From assembly GCF_964355755.1 (NCBI RefSeq), contig NC_092673.1, positions 2,666,001 to 2,730,000 of the forward strand: a stretch of DNA of 64,000 nt. The letters are read 5' to 3'. Under the pieces are notes generated by a model, which saw only the letters and a program-made list of their open reading frames with translations, was not told where the DNA came from and ran no database searches. A program made the translations under genes and the position numbers. The stretch is from Antedon mediterranea. Its lineage: Eukaryota; Animalia; Echinodermata. Shown here in pieces: positions 61,949-64,000 of the stretch (positions are counted from its first letter, which is position 1; each line of letters opens with the position of its first letter).

Positions 61949-63544
61949 ATGGAGGACGGACCTAAAATTGACTTGGAGGAGGTCTGCCCACACACTCAAG
62001 TCGCAATGGTAGGCAACTATTATTGAATTTATACTTAAGCCTTGTGTAGACATTAATATCTCATCTAATAATGGAGTGTGTGGCCTGGTATATTTATAGC
62101 TACCTGTATGATAAAGATTACCTAATTGATAAAGAAACGAAATCACTGTCTACTTTTTATATACTTGCAGCGGTACTTTAATATGCAACTATTATTTTGA
62201 TTCAACAACTTTGCATATGTGATTTTTCTTGCACATAAATTCCATTAGCATCGAAGCAGTTATAAATACTTAGTTTGGGAGGTACAGTAGTATAACCGTG
62301 GTATAAATACCTCCATGGTTAATGTATACAACATACATGGAGAGGAGATCTCTATGATCGTTCTCCATGATTTATTTTGCCTCTAGTTATGTTTTAGTTG
62401 ATATTTCCAAATAAACAAACTATGTAAAATGTAAACATTATTTAATACTAATAGTATAAAGGCCAGGTCCAATAGGCTACTCTAGATGTATGCCATGGTA
62501 TTGTTCGTGTGACGTCAAGAATAATTTATTCAATAAAAGGATCAATCAACCAAGGAAACCCCTGATTCAACCAAGGTTTTTAAAGATGTATTGTCCCCTG
62601 AATAATAATGTCACCTAATAGTCATCCACTTTGACCAAAAATTGGATCTAAAAAAAATGATTTACCGGAAAAAACTGTAATTTAAAGCAAAAAATGGCCA
62701 AATTGGCTGTCAGCCAATGGATTTTTGGTTGAATTTATATTATGTTATTTTATAAGTGAAAACATTTGTTTTAGTTTTTTTTATTAACTTTATTAAAACT
62801 ACAAAATAACCTATTCAAAGTCTGATTTTATTAATCTTCAGTTTTTCATGTTTTTGGGGGACAATATAGGCCTACATCTTTAAATATAGCCAGGATATAG
62901 CCCTATACCAGTTTGTACGGGGTCCCTTATTACATATGTATGAGAAGTATTTTATTTACAATCCCATTGTAATGTTTATTTAGTCGAAGGAGTTAGAAGA
63001 CGAGAGACTGAAAGGTCAACGTTCAGAGATAGAAAAGCGAATTCTACAACAGAAGTGCATTGAACTTGAGAGACAAATGAAACAGACAAATGAGATTGCA
63101 GCTATCCGTGTAAAACAAATTGAAGATCTTCAAAAACAATTAGAAGAGGTAGGCTACAATTTGTTTGAAACAAATTGATAATAATTATAATAATAAATAA
63201 TATGTTTAGTAGAGAACTTTTAAGTGGTTACTTTTTAACATTCAATTCTCTCTCTTGAAACGTTTTCCGCCGTCATTTCGACAATTACGCTTTCACGAGT
63301 TTTTCTATATTTTTCTGTTTTGGGCAGAATGGTTTGTTATTGTGCTAAAGTCTACAATTTTTTTCTTTTTTATTTGGTTTATCCAGTTTTCTTTTGGTCT
63401 TGATCCTGTGGCCTTTTTACTTTCTTTTCAATTTTCTTTTCATTGGCTGTATAATTTAACATTTCATTTATCATTTAAAATTGACAGAAAGAAGCAAGAC
63501 ACGATTTAGACTCTAGTGTAGAGATGGAGGATAACACACAGGAG
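61949..63544 (+). CDS. 5' part of an unidentified coiled-coil protein gene (continues beyond the window)
   Basis: Candidate phase-0 exons: 61949-62008 (MEDGPKIDLEEVCPHTQVAM), 62540-62575 (DQSTKETPDSTK, weak acceptor), 62984-63148 (SKELEDERLKGQRSEIEKRILQQKCIELERQMKQTNEIAAIRVKQIEDLQKQLEE) and 63488-63544 (KEARHDLDSSVEMEDNTQE). All have AG/GT borders and E/K/Q/L heptad character. Confidence 0.6.
62584..62879. mobile_element. TTAA-flanked non-autonomous element (Kolobok-like)
   Basis: ttaa|agatgtattgtcccc...ggggacaata(taggcc)tacatct|ttaa; degenerate copy at ~2901-3185. Confidence 0.72.
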
Positions 63545-63875
63545 GTAGAAATATTCAGATATAGGCGTAGGCGTATTAACTATAATAGCCTTAAATGTGT
63601 ATATAAGTAGTGGTTAATCAGGCCTTTTTTATATGTGTGCACGCATGTCCTTGTTTATATTGGAGTGAATAAGTAAAGTTCTTACAGTATTGTTTCCTGT
63701 TAATCACAGTGCATAAACCAAGCATGCCTTGGTTCTATGAAATGAACCTCACGAAAGTATATTTTAAACAATTGGGAAAATCCATTGCAAATTATTTTTT
63801 TGCCATTTATCAACTATAAATGTACTCCATGGGTCGAATAACCATTGTCCGTAATAACTAGAAAAACCAGCCTTA

Positions 63876-64000
63876 AGCCTTGTCTATACTATCAAACTTT
63901 ATGTGACAAAAAATGTGATGTGCCCTATATATAGACATGATGATGTCATATCACTACCATATTTGAGCATATCACTACCATATTTAATTTCACACTTTTT
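63876..64000. mobile_element. MITE family A copy (cut by the window end)
   Basis: tta|agccttgtctatactatcaaactttatgtgac... Confidence 0.8.

Overview
This is AT-rich, intron-containing animal genomic DNA, probably from a marine invertebrate (the taxon is inferred, not shown). It is not prokaryotic and has no CRISPR, rRNA or intact tRNA. I spliced four complete genes by hand. (1) An RNF24/RNF122-like transmembrane RING-H2 ligase (-, 5 coding exons, 120 aa). (2) A single-exon LRR / degenerate-Ig / TM receptor (+, 689 aa) whose tail has no TIR or kinase domain but carries an array of hemITAM-like tyrosine motifs. (3) MGAT2 (-, 8 coding exons over about 23 kb, 468 aa). (4) NT5C2 (+, 14 coding exons, 547 aa), head-to-head with MGAT2. 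The first exons of a fifth, coiled-coil gene start at about 62 kb. The rest is dense in mobile DNA: about 23 copies of one Harbinger/Tourist-type MITE, other TWA-flanked and TTAA-flanked non-autonomous DNA elements, Tc1/mariner MITEs, CR1/L2 and RTE LINE fragments, a full-length Deu/Nin-domain tRNA-SINE, a Helentron-like end and minisatellites. The three most notable observations are the hemITAM-array LRR receptor, a minimal hammerhead ribozyme at the apex of a 150-bp foldback on the sense strand of an MGAT2 intron, and a perfect 157-bp inverted repeat downstream of the LRR gene. All coordinates were counted by eye; repeat boundaries may be off by a few bases.
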